This document shows positions 39,050-52,579 of a DNA stretch of 64,000 bases, piece after piece. A model generated the notes under the pieces. That model had not been told where the DNA came from. It saw nothing but the letters and a program-made list of their open reading frames with translations, and ran no database searches. The stretch is from Schmidtea polychroa (taxonomy: Eukaryota). The DNA lies in the NCBI GenBank assembly GCA_044892525.1, contig CM097885.1:10356001-10420000 (forward strand), written 5' to 3'. Both the position numbers and the translations under genes were made by a program. How positions within the stretch are numbered: the stretch's first letter is position 1; every line of letters starts with the position of its first letter.

Positions 39050-40520
39050 ATGTTTTCAAGCGTATGGGAAATAATGAAGAGAAATAAATTTGAATTTGAT
39101 AATGAAATCAGCAGTGAATTGATATGCACAATTTGCAAATGTTTAATGATAAAAGCTTGCAATGCTCCTTGTGGTTGTCGCTTTTGTTCTGATTGCATTG
39201 AGCATTATTTGGATGGAAAAGATAAATTCTGTCCAGGAGCAGCAAAATATTGTCAAGTTCAAACGATTCTTTTCACTACAGATGTTTCTGTTGATCATGC
39301 AGCCAATTTAAAAATATCTGAAGTTATTGTAAAATGCCCAATGCAAAATTGTGAATTGAAAACCGAGTTGTGCATGATGGAGAGCCACATGAGAACATGC
39401 AACAAGCAACCAATAAAATGTCCGTTCAATAGAATTGGATGCGAAATGAATGAGGTGGAGAAGGACGAAATGAAAGTCCATCTCAATGAGAACAATGAAA
39501 GCCATAGCAAATTATTGATCGATCAGATCAGTAATTTATGTAATGAGATGCAATCAATGAGAGATGATAATGTGAGATTGCGCAACGAAATTATCCAATT
39601 GAAAGGAGAAATGACGCAATTCAAACAACAATTTGATAATTTCAATGTAAATTTTATTTGTAATTAATTTATTGATATTTGTAATTGAAGGTAAAACTGT
39701 GCAATGTTGAAAGGAAAGAGGCGGAGAACAGAGATGAAATAGAAGCATTGAATGAGGAAATGGTTGCATTGAAGAATGAGAATCGCTCATTGAGAATGGA
39801 GATGGAGATAAATATTGGATCAATCAATCAAGTTTGATTATTGATTTGATTTTTTATTGATTTGTTATTGATGCAAAGCAGATCAGACAGCAAATTGAGG
39901 TGATTGAATCAAAATGTCAACAGCAAATTGATGAGATGAAAGAGAAAAGCGAGCAGCGGCTGCAACAGGAGAATGAAAAGGTGATTTATTGATTATTTGA
40001 AATATTTGAATTTGAGATTCAGTTGCAGCTTGAAATGGCGAAATGCGCTAATGAAATTCGGCAGAATGAAACAAAATTAGCAAATGAAAAATATATAAAT
40101 TACGGATTTTTTGAATGGGAAATCGATAAATTTTCACAACTAAAGAGAGATGAAAGGACTTACAGCAAGTCATTTTATTCCGGGCCAATCGGTTACAAAA
40201 TGTGCTTGTGGGTGTGGATTGAGGGTAATTGGGTTTGGGCTGGTTTCTGTTTCATGCGTGAACCAAATGATGAGCAATTGGATTGGCCGTTCAAACAATC
40301 TGTGACAATCGATGTGATCGATCCAGCAAATGGCAGCATTTATATGAGCAAGTCAATGAAATATTCAGATTGCCCTCTTGATGATGCCGGATGGAGGAAA
40401 CCGTCAAATGACAGGAATAATGCAATTGCCATTTATAATGGTCCCGAAGCCAGCTCAATATATAAATTAGCAGCCAAAAGTGATAAATTGCTGATCAGGT
40501 GCAGAATTGAAAAATTATGA
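39050..40520 (+). CDS. TRAF: TNF receptor-associated factor family protein (RING, TRAF zinc finger, coiled coil, MATH); 4 exons ~39050-39646, 39691-39831, 39882-39980, 40023-40520
   Basis: CTIC...CGCRFCSDC RING; CPFNRIGC...H TRAF finger; MATH motifs FEWEI, SKSFYSGPIGYKMCL, DEQLDWPF; short GT-AG introns keep the frame. Confidence 0.92.
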
Positions 40521-40599
40521 AAACTAAAAAAACATTTCAATAAAAATTTGATTTATTTTGGTTTCTGATCAGTTTTATTATTTGCCTTGTGCTGGTGGA

Positions 40600-41054
40600 T
40601 CAAGACCACGACTCGTCAGATGACTCATCAGGGTAAAAAAAAATTTTCAAGGTCATTTCAACTCATCAAGGCCATTTTCAAGGTCATATGACTCGTCAAA
40701 GTCATTCTCAAGGTCATCTGAGTCATCCTATGACTCATCAACATTTTTTCAAGGTCATTTGACTCATACTATGACTTATCAAAAATTTTTCAAGGTCATC
40801 TGAGTCGTCATATGACTCATCAAGGTCATTTTCAAGGTCGCATGACTCATCCAAGGCCATTCTCAAGGTCATATGACTCATCCGAGAAGTCATCAAGGTC
40901 ATATTATTACTTTTAAAAAATATTATTATTTTATTTTTAATTTTTTCAAAGTTCCCGTCAACGAAAATTAATAATCGATAGCTTATTTTAAAGCTCAATC
41001 CAAGACCTTTCGAATGAGCTATATTATTGTTATTACGATTATTATTTCTAAAGA

Positions 41055-41095
<41 letters not shown>

Positions 41096-42196
41096 GTATT
41101 AATCTATATACTCCGAATCTATCCGACAAAATATTTTGTCCCCCTATGGGTAATGCTCACAATGGTACTGGTCACGCTCAACAACTCGCAAATCAGCAAA
41201 TCAACAAAACATACATTTATTTAAACAATAAAATAATGTAAAATTAACAAAGGTACTACTATTCGCAGCAATATTGTTTGAAAACAAACGGCAATACAAA
41301 AGTACTCATCGATCACTCATTTATTTTTTGAACAAAGACAATGACGCGCCCATGGGATATATTATTTATTACTATCAATAGTATTATTATTATTAATATT
41401 AATATTATTATTATTATTATTATCATCAAGTTTTAATTACCAAGGTAATTTAAACAAAGACCATGACTCAGTCGCTGTATCATCAAGGTCGTTCTATTTT
41501 TAGTAACAAAGACATCTATTTTTAGTAACATTTTGAATATATTTTTAGTAACATTTTTGATTTTAGTTTTTTTGGTTTAATTATCGATTACGCAATAATT
41601 TAATTTATCATTATTATTGGGAAAGATATTAACGCCCGCGCGGAAGATGTTATTTACAAAATTATTATTTTCAAAGTTTTAATCAATATTATTATTATTA
41701 TTATTTCCAAAGTTATTTTGAAAGTTTTTATGAAAATTCTTCTTCTTATTATTATTATTATAATTTGCAAATATTCATAAAACCTAATTTCTACGTCCAT
41801 TTCATGCTTTTCAGCATTTTCATGATTATTTCCGGAACATTTTCATCAAATATTTTTCAAAGTATTATTTTCAAAGAATTATTTTCAAAGAATTATTATT
41901 ATTATTTTTTATTATTATTATTTTTATTATTATTTGCAAAGTTCTAATTATTATTTTAATTTAGAAGTTTCATTATTATTATTTACTTAAATATTCATAA
42001 AACTTAATTTCTACGTCAATTACATGATTTTCAACATTTTCATCATTTGCATGATTATTTTAATAATTTTCAACATTTTCAATATTTTCACGATTTTCAA
42101 CATTTTCATGATTATTTCAGGAACTTTTCATCGAATATTTTTCAAAGTATTATTTTCAAAGATTTATTTTCAAATTATTTTCAAAGTTTTTATCAA

Positions 42197-42263
<67 letters not shown>

Positions 42264-45200
42264 GGTAAAGAAAAATCTAAAATATGGTTTACACGCACAA
42301 CCCATTTTAGATTAAGATTTTTTATCAAATTTGTGATAATTTGACTGATTCAATTTGATAGAGTTATTGTTAATTCGTTTTATTATATATATACTCTGAG
42401 TTTATCCGACAACATATTTTCTCCCTCTATGGGTACTGCTTGTAAGGGTATTGGTCGTAAGGGTACTGGTCGTAAAGGTACTGTTGTGTTTTAATGATTT
42501 TATTTAGGCAAATTTTTGGTTATTATTTGGCATTAAATTCATTGGTAATTTTTTAGAGTTAGCGGGATTTTACTAACATTTTTTGTGAATTTCATGTTAA
42601 TTGAAAGAATATTTAAAAATTTAAGGTTTAGTGTTAATTCTAAGATAAATTTAATTAATTTCTTGATAATTTGCTATATTTTATTGACTTTTTTTAAATT
42701 TTAAATAAAAATTAATTTTTAATGTTAATAATCAAGTGATAGGATAAATTTGATGATGATGACTTTGTAATGATATTGATTTTGACTAATTAATTTTTTC
42801 ATATATTTTTCTAAGAATATTTACACATTGATGAACTTTAAAATATTGAAAATCTAAAGTTGAAACCAGATAATTTTTTCACGATGATGATATATTTGAA
42901 ATTTACTTGAAAATTATTGTAAAATATACCGAAATTTAGTTTGAAAGATATATCATGTTATAATGGTTATAATTAGTTGAATCGATGAAGAATTATGATC
43001 AATCAATGAGATATTATCATCTCTAGTTAGGTATTTGATGATACATGTGATTAAATATTTATTTTAATGAATTTTGATCTTTTAGTGAACTCTTTGAATT
43101 TAGCTACTAAATTATTTCAATGGAAGAATGTTTTTAACAATTAAATCTCTATTTAAATCGACAATGTTCTTATTGGTAAAATATCAAATTTTCAAAGGAA
43201 ATAGTCAGTATTTAGCTATGAATTAATAATAATTCCAGTGAACTTATATCGTTTTAGAGGTTTATTAGGTCGTGATGAATGTTATTGCACAGTAATTTAG
43301 ATTTATGTTTTAGAACAAGTTTTTATTAATTATCCACTGTTTTATTAAGTCGTTTAGGGTTAATGATCTATTTACTTGGTTTTGACAATGAAATGTTTGA
43401 AATCTTTAGAGATAATTGATATCAAAGGTTATTTCTTTAAATTAGTTTATTTAAGAAGTTATTTTATTCATTGTGAGGATATCAGTGAAGGAAATTTATG
43501 ATTTTAATTAGATTTCTAGAAATTAAATCGGTTAAATATCAGTTAATCTATTGAAGGAATATTGTTATCGGATGGATAAATGATATTTTGCTAAATTACC
43601 TTTGCTAAATATTATTTTAAGTGACTAAAAATAACAAAATTAACCAATATTCATAAATTTTTCCCACAAAATATCCATGTTTTGGTTACTCAAACATCTG
43701 AAATTTCTCGCAAAGATATATTACGTCTAATGATCATCTAATTAAATTAGAAAAGAAATATAACCCTATATGAACATGTATTTTTAACTAATAAGCACCT
43801 TATTTGGTTAAATGATAACCATATTTCTATTATGACTCCTTTAAATATTTTTGCCTCGAACAAATTTACTCCAAATGATAAAGAATTTAAAATTATCAAT
43901 GAATAATGACCATGTTTTTCTCATATTAATAACTATTGTAACGAACATTAGATGAATAAATTACCTTTTGCTTTAAATGTCAAAAAGGTTAACCAATAAA
44001 TTAGTCGCTCGACATAAGTGTAAAGTTACATTTAAAATATTCACGAATTTCTGATCATCTCACTAAATTACCTAAGAATTTCTAAATGATTATTATACCC
44101 TTGCGACATGTTGAATGTGACCAGTACCCTTACGACCAATACCCATAGGGGGACAGAATATTTTGCCGGATGAACTCGGAGTATATGGTCTTTATTGATA
44201 TATCAAAATACTGTTATTTATAAATTAACTAAAAAATACTATATTATTTTACTGAATGATAACTTAAATGTTTTTAATATACCTATTTCTAAAGTAAATC
44301 GACAGCTCAGACCAACAACATGTATGGATGACCACCCATTGTTAATTTATTTCCAGTGTCACGTCCCTCAAAAATACCGTGAGTGTTTTAACAAAACTGA
44401 GCTCAAAGAAACTTTCCAGATAACAACTCACCTGAATGTTTTGAACAAAAATGATCGAAATTGAGAACAAACGATTAGATGGCGATTAACTTCTGGCCAC
44501 AACCCTAACAACATGAAAATTAAGATTTAATTATTGAATTCGTTGTTTTCTGCCTGGAAATACTAACAGAATATTTTTTAATTCAAAGAATCTTCATTAT
44601 AAATTTTTGAATTTAAAAAATTAAATGAAGGATATATAAGTGTACATAAAATTATAATATTATATAAAATTATACTGTATTTATTAATAAATTTAGAATA
44701 CATAAAATTATAATATTATAATATTATATAAAATTATACTATATAATAATATTAATGTTTAAATATGCTTAAATAACTAAATTGTTTAAATATTTTTAAA
44801 TAACTAAATTTAAATTATTTAAATAAACTTTTCATATAACTTTATTTCTTTCGTTTTAGTATCCATAAAGTAAGTATATAAAGAATTTACTACAATATTT
44901 TAATTATTTTACTTAGTAATGAAGAAAATGAATTATATAATTATGAAGAAGATGAATAGTGAAACACTAAAAGACTTATGTTCTGGATTTAGAGATTTCT
45001 TATTAAAACATGAATTATTGGATTATGGGGAAGATGACCAGACAAAATGGTGAAACACTAAAGGAGTTATAGTTCCGGATTTCTTAAATGAATTAGCTGA
45101 TTGTGGGTGTCCTTCAACATGAATGTTTACTTATCAGACTTAAATTATGTAAACTTTCAACGAATGTCAAAAAAATGGGAAAAATCGATGTTTTAGCAAT

Positions 45201-46787
45201 TAAGTAAAGTACTCGTCATACCTGAAGAATATTATTATTAATGTAAGACATGAATTAATTCTTTAAAATATATATATATATTATATTTAGGTATCTGTGT
45301 TTTATGGTGGGAAATGACATGGAAAAAGTATACCACAAATAACAGTTGACTAATTTATCAAGCCTGTGACGATAAAATGTTAGATAATGTAAGTTAATTG
45401 CTTTTAAATCAATATAAATTTTAGCAATGATAGTTGACGCCGCATCAGAAACTAAGAAATACGTCCAATTTGCAAGATGTATTCCAAATGGCCCGATGGA
45501 GATGATAATTTTGAGATAGATTACCAGCAGAAGAGCGAGAAAAATTTGTAAATTAAATATAAAAGGGTTGGGTGGGTCCTCTTTATCCCTTAATTAATAT
45601 ATATTTACAAGCTGATCGTCGTGGTGGGCGGTTGTAATCCAACTAGTGGGAGGCCTCTGTAAATATATATTGTTGTTAGTGAAAACATTAATTAATTTGG
45701 TTATAGTGCCAATGACGCATGTATTTTGAAATTATACGTTTCGAATGTACTGGTAGTTGACTACCCATGTTAGGCGTAATGTTCCGTACGGAAAACTATA
45801 ATGCCCAGGTTCTTTTGACCCCACTTGGGGAAGGCACAGACGACCCTTGTGGACGCGAACAAATATCCACCGTGTCTTTCAGGCACAGATATTTGGTCAC
45901 TGCTCATTAGACCTGGCAATACTAAATGCATAAACTTTGCCTTGTCCTCTCTTGTCTTGATTTTTATAGTTTAAATAATTATTAAAAATAGTATGTGTGA
46001 TAAGTTTTATTTACTAACCTTAATTAATTTACCCTTGCGACATGTTGAGTGTGAGTAGTACCCTTGTGAGCAATACCCATAGGGAGACAGAATATCTTGT
46101 CGGATAGACTAGGAGTATATACATCCATTTTAAAAAGGTATGTGTATATAGAATGTATGTATAAAATTATCACTCCTTATTGACAATTTCCTGTAAAGGC
46201 AAACACAGAATACTGCAAACATATAATAATTCTCTACCCCATAACTTAGTGTGTAAAAATTATTTTAAGTTTTTGACTAATTATAATAATAATAATAATA
46301 ATAATAAAGTTCAAAGGGTTGTATATGTGTGTAGAAAATATTTTAGGTTTTCACTAATATTGATAATAATTGTTAATGGGTTGTGTGTGTGTGTAAAAAT
46401 ATTTTATGTTTTTAATATTGATAATAATAATAATAATGGTTGATGGGTTGTGCGTGTAAACCATATTTTAGATTTTTCTTTACCAATAATAATAATAATA
46501 ATAATATTAATAATAATAATAATAATATTGATAAAAAACACAACAGTACCTTTACGACCAGTACCCTTACGACCAATACCCTTACAAGCAGTACCCATAG
46601 AGGGAGAAAATATGTTGTCGGATAAACTCAGAGTATATATATAATAAAACGAATTAACAATAACTCTATCAAATTGAATCAGTCAAATTATCACAAATTT
46701 GATAAAAAATCTTAATCTAAAATGGGTTGTGCGTGTAAACCATATTTTAGATTTTTCTTTACCAATAATAATAATAATAATAATAAT

Positions 46788-46827
<40 letters not shown>

Positions 46828-49025
46828 TTGATAAAAACTTTGAAAATAATTTGAAAATAAATCTTTGAAAATAATACTTTGAAAAATATTCGATGAAAAG
46901 TTCCTGAAATAATCATGAAAATGTTGAAAATCGTGAAAATATTGAAAATGTTGAAAATTATTAAAATAATCATGCAAATGATGAAAATGTTGAAAATCAT
47001 GTAATTGACGTAGAAATTAAGTTTTATGAATATTTAAGTAAATAATAATAATGAAACTTCTAAATTAAAATAATAATTAGAACTTTGCAAATAATAATAA
47101 AAATAATAATAATAAAAAATAATAATAATTCTTTGAAAATAATTCTTTGAAAATAATACTTTGAAAAATATTTGATGAAAATGTTCCTGAAATAATCATG
47201 AAAATGCTGAAAAGCAAGAAATGGTCGTAGAAATTAGGTTTTATGAATATTTGCAAATTATAATAATAATAATAAGAAGAAGAATTTTCATAAAAACTTT
47301 CAAAATAACTTTGGAAATAATAATAATAATATTGATTAAAACTTTGAAAATAATAATTTTGTAAATAACATCTTCCGCGCGGGCGTTAATATCTTTCCCA
47401 ATAATAATGATAAATTAAATTATTGCGTAATCGATAATTAAACAAAAAAAACTAATATAATCAACGATTTAAACAAAATTAAATTATTACATAATTGATA
47501 ATTTAAACAAAAATATTATTGCATAATCAACGATTTAAACAAAATTAAGGTATTAAGTAATCGATAATTAAAATAAAAATATTATCATACAATCAACGAT
47601 TTAAACAAAATTAAATTATTACATAATTGATAATTAAAACAAAAAAAATATTATTATATAATTAACGATTTAAACAATATTAAATTATTAAGTAATCGAT
47701 AATTAAAAAAAAAATATTAAGTAATCGATAATTAAAACCAAAATAAAAATATTATCATATAATCAACGATTTAAACAAAACTAAAATAAAATAATAATAT
47801 GACCTTGAAATAATAATATTTTGAAAAATAATAATATGACCTTGAAAATAATAATATAACCTTGAAAATAATAATATTTTGAAAAATAATAATATGACCT
47901 TGAAAATAATAATATGACCTTGAAAAATAATAATATGACCTTGAAAAATATAATAATATTTTGAAAAATAATAATATGACCTTGAAAATAATAATATTTT
48001 GAAAAATAATAATATGACCTTGAAAATAATAATATTTTGAAAAATAATAATATGACCTTGAAAATAATAATATTTTGAAAAATAATAATATGACCTTGAA
48101 AATAATGAAGTTATAATAATAATATTAATACCCTTGCGACATGTTGAATGTGACCAGTACCCTATCTACAAATACACATAGGGGGACACAATATTTTGTC
48201 GGATAAACTCGGACTATATAATTATAATAATAATAAAAATAATATTGATTAAAACTTCGAAAATAATAATTTTGAAAATAACATTTTCCGCGCGAGCGGT
48301 AATATCTTTCCCAATAATAATGATAAATTAAATTATTACGTAATCGATAATTAAATCAAAAAATATTACATAATCAACGATTTAAACAAAATTAAATTAT
48401 TGAGTAATCGATAATTAAAACAAAACATGTTATTATTACATAATCAACGATTTAAACAAAATTAAATTATTACGTATTCGATAATTAAAACAAAAATAAA
48501 CCGCTGGAACAAAAATAGATGTCTTTGTTACTAAAAATAGAATGACCTTGGCGAGTCATCGGATCAATGATCGGATCAAAAATGTTACTAAAAATAGATG
48601 TCTTTGTTACTAAAAATAGAACGACCTTGATGATTCAGCGACTGAGTCATGGTCTTTGTTTAAATTACCTTGGTAATTAAAACTTGATGATAATAATAAT
48701 AATATTAATAATAATAATAATACTATTGATAGTAATAAATAATATATCCCATGGGCGCGTCATTGTCTTTGTTCAAAAAATAAATGAGTCATCGATGAGT
48801 ACTTTTGTATTGCCGTTTGTTTTCAAACAATATTGCTGCGAATAGTAGTACATCAATATTTAGTTTACCTTTGTTAATTTTACATTATTTTATTGTTTAA
48901 ATAAATGTATGTTTTGTTGATTTGCTGATTTGCGAGTTGTTGAGCGTGACCAGTACCATTGTGAGCATTACCCATAGGGGGACAAAATATTTTGTCGGAT
49001 AGATTCGGAGTATATAGATTAATAC

Positions 49026-49063
<38 letters not shown>

Positions 49064-49877
49064 TCTTTAGAAATAATAATCGTAATAACAATAATATAGC
49101 TCATTCGAAAGGTCTTGGATTGAGCTTTAAAATAAGCTATCGATTATTAATTTTCGTTGACGGGAACTTTGAAAAAATTAAAAATAAAATAATAATATTT
49201 TTTAAAAATAATAATAAAATTAATAATATTTTTTAAAAGTAATAATATGACCTTGATGACTTCTCGGATGAGTCATATGACCTTGAGAATGGCCTTGGAT
49301 GAGTCATGCGACCTTGATGAGTCATAGGATGACTCAGATGACCTTGAAAATGACCTTGAAAATTTTGATGAGTCATAGGGTTACTCAGATGACCTTGAAA
49401 TTGACCTTGAATGAGTCCTTTGACCTTGAGAATGACCTTGAATGAGTCATATGACCTTGAGAATGAACTAGAATGAGTCATGGTCCTTGTTTAAATGACC
49501 TTGAAAATTTTTATGGCTTATCGGATGAGTCATATGACCTTGAAAATGACCTTGATGAGTCATTGTATGAGGCATATGACCTTGATAATGACCTTGATGA
49601 GTCATTGTCTTTGTTTAAATGACCTTGAAAAAAATTTTTGGCCTTGACGAGTCATATTATGAGTCGTATGGCCTTGAAAATGTCCTTGATGAGTCATAGG
49701 ATGAGTCATGGTCTTTGTTTCAATGACCTTGATGAGTCATATGTCTTTGTTTAAATTTGACCTTGAAAAAAAATGTACTTTTAGACTTAGAATTTTTTTA
49801 AAATTTTACGACCGGGGGAGGGGGAGGGAGTACTGTGCTAGCGGTGCCCTGTGCCAGCGGTGCCCAATCCATCTACT
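40600..49877. mobile_element. ~9.3-kb element with multi-kb inverted arms (foldback-like or degenerate Polinton-like)
   Basis: 40900-41520 is inverted at ~48580-49220 and 41570-42490 at ~46540-47450; matching TGACTCA/TCAAGGTCA arrays at both ends; right end ...CATCTACT. Confidence 0.7.
47450..48110. repeat. Minisatellites (AATCAACGATTTAAACAAAA-type and AAATAATAATATGACCTTGA-type units)
   Basis: Read directly. Confidence 0.85.
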
Positions 49878-50699
49878 AAATATATATCGATGTTTTTGAT
49901 ATTCACAAATTTTCGGCACTGCTTTTTTTTTGACTTTCCAGATTTATTTAATTTCTTTGAAATTTTTTAATAAATATTTGTTTATTTTTTTTAACAAAAT
50001 ACGAAATAAATGCAATTTTGGCAGCATTTATGTAGCAATAACAAAATAATTACTTTACACCATTTCCAAATGAGGTCTGTTATAAATGGAAAATTTCTAC
50101 GTGATATTCATTTTACTGTCACTCTTTTATTTTACATTTCTTTAAGTTTTATTGTTTGTGAATTTTAGATAACTTTGTTTAAATGAAATCTCAAAACTCA
50201 TGAATATTTGGCTTTTCGTGAGATCCCCTTAAAGAATTTTGATTTTTTTTGAAGTTTTATCTGTGCATATCGATGTTATTTGGTGTCAATGTGAAGCAAT
50301 AAATTGACCTGCGTGATTTGGTTTGAAAAGCCAATTTTTTACATGCTTGAAAATTTTTTTTGATCAACTATAAAAAAATTTTTTTTTAAGTTAATTTTTG
50401 AATAATTATTTATTTTGACTTTTTTTTATTTCTTTATATATTTAGTACATATTATTTTATTTTTTTCAAAATCCATTTATTTATATTTAGATTATTATTT
50501 ATATTTTTTATTGAACCAAAAATCTTATTTAAAATACAAAGATAAAATTGTATTATCAATATATAAAGAACATCGATAATTATATTTAATTTTATATTTA
50601 TTTACGTTTATGAAGTTTCTTTTAAATTTATTAATTAAATATTATATTTATATTAATATTTATAAAAATTAATATATAAAAATTAATTTTCTCAAACAT

Positions 50700-51330
50700 G
50701 GATCCTTAGGAGTGTGATTTTTTGATTTTTGTGATCTGGCTGTAATTTTGTTGAGGTGTGTGAGTCTGATGAGTTAAAATTATTAAATAGTGTGAGCAAG
50801 GATGATGAGCCTAAATTTTTGTTAGTATTGCGGTATTCAGAAAGTTTTAAGGATTATAAAGTGAATATAAGAAAACAGTTAGGGAATTTAAACTATAGGA
50901 TAGTGTCAACTTCATGGAAAGTACGCAATATGTTTATTAATATGTCAAAAACTCCGGTCGAATTGTGTTCCGATCTCGTTTATCAGTTTACATGTAATGG
51001 GTGTAATGCCACATACATTAGAGAGACTTCCAGTCATCTCTGTATTCGAGCTCGAGAACATTGTAGACCGAAGGCTTTGACCTATATTAGTGAGCACAAT
51101 AAGGGCTGTAAGATTAAAATAGGTATGTCTGATTTTAAAATTTTATTAAAAAATTTCGATAATTATTGGGAACGTGTGATTTGTGAGGCGTTGTTGATAA
51201 AGTCATTGAATCAAAAAATTAATTTGCAGAATGCAGTGAATACTTGTATTTTAAATGTTTTTAAATATTTTTTTTCTTATATATTGTATGTATTGATTAT
51301 TGTGGTAAATTAATTAATTAATAAAATTTT
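50700..51330 (+). mobile_element. Penelope-like retroelement 3' part (GIY-YIG endonuclease)
   Basis: LVYQFTCNGCNATYIRETSSHLCIRAREH...ICEALLIKSLNQKIN. Confidence 0.82.
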
Positions 51331-51896
51331 TTAAATTATTAAATTAAATTTTGAATGTTAAATTCTGAAATTTCTAAAATAATATCTTAGATATACTATT
51401 TTTGTTAAAAATCTAAATATAGTAATTGTTTATTACTATTTATAATTAAATTCTAAACTTAGTAATTTTAATTCTATTTTTGGTAATTATTTAATACTAT
51501 TAATAATTAATTTTTTATTTAACTCAAAGATTTCATAATACTTTTAGTTCCGGTTCCTACTGAACCCCAACATGTCTTCCCCCTAACAAGATTTTCGTCC
51601 CAAAAATTAAAGCGGTAAAGACAGGACCATTGCAGCTGATAACATAAAAAAATAAAAATAAATAAAATAAACTGATTAATATATATATGATGCAAGCAAA
51701 AATAAATAATAACTAGAACAAAGTTTCAAATCACAAAATCAGAATAATCAATTATTGGTCACATAGGATAGAGCAAATGTTATTGTTCGTTAAATGTTTA
51801 TCAATTTGAATAATTGGATTGGGTTGGATTGTCGAAGGTGTTGGGATTGGGGACGTATAGCAAATAGCTAGGTCCGTTGAATACATAGCAGAATTG

Positions 51897-52283
51897 CTAA
51901 TATTTTCTCCTTTTCATGACTTTGGCACTTTCATTACGGATTCTTTGTTCTACTATGTCCGGTCTGTAACTGACCACCAATGTCTCCCGTGTACTTACTT
52001 CTTTGTACACGATTGGTGAGATGATATAAGAACCCTCATTAGCCTCCAATACTCCGTTATCGGGGAAATTGGACACGGCTGCTTCTTGGATTGGGCCTCC
52101 GTCGTTTTCCTTGATACGCGGTTTCCATTCACTATCGGGTCTCTGCCACCAACTAGGATCTTCTCTGTCGGCATCTTTCCGTATTTGAATTGAGTTACCC
52201 CTTCCAATGAATTCGCCTTCTTTCACTACAATTGGCTCTCCTTCAACCATGGGTTCAACCTTTGTTGTCAATATCTTGGTCAA
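51897..52283 (-). CDS. Accessory ORF of the LTR element, unknown function
   Basis: 128-aa ORF just upstream of the 3' UTR and PPT. Confidence 0.4.
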   Translation of the reverse strand: MTKILTTKVEPMVEGEPIVVKEGEFIGRGNSIQIRKDADREDPSWWQRPDSEWKPRIKENDGGPIQEAAVSNFPDNGVLEANEGSYIISPIVYKEVSTRETLVVSYRPDIVEQRIRNESAKVMKRRKY

Positions 52284-52579
52284 TGCAGGATCTGGTGGCT
52301 GTTAGTGACTTTATAACAGATCGTCATCCTCATCCTGGATGGATATCCTAGGCATTTTCTTTTTTGTACTCTTTGGGATCTCCTTTTTTCTTTTTGTAGA
52401 GGTAGGGACATTTTTCTCCCTGGCCTCTTTCTGAGTGGGTTCGACCGTTGTCTTCTTTTTGAATTCCAAGTCTTGTAGTTTGAGTAGTGGTACTACAGCT
52501 TGGGGTAATGCTCCTCCTTCTGCTCCTCCCTTGGATTCGCTCAACTGGACTAATGCTTTCAAGTCCTTGGTGACCCGTT

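Noticed and set aside
47790..48110. CRISPR-like appearance of regularly spaced repeats
   Set aside because: Head-to-tail minisatellites without unique spacers, in a eukaryotic context with no cas genes.
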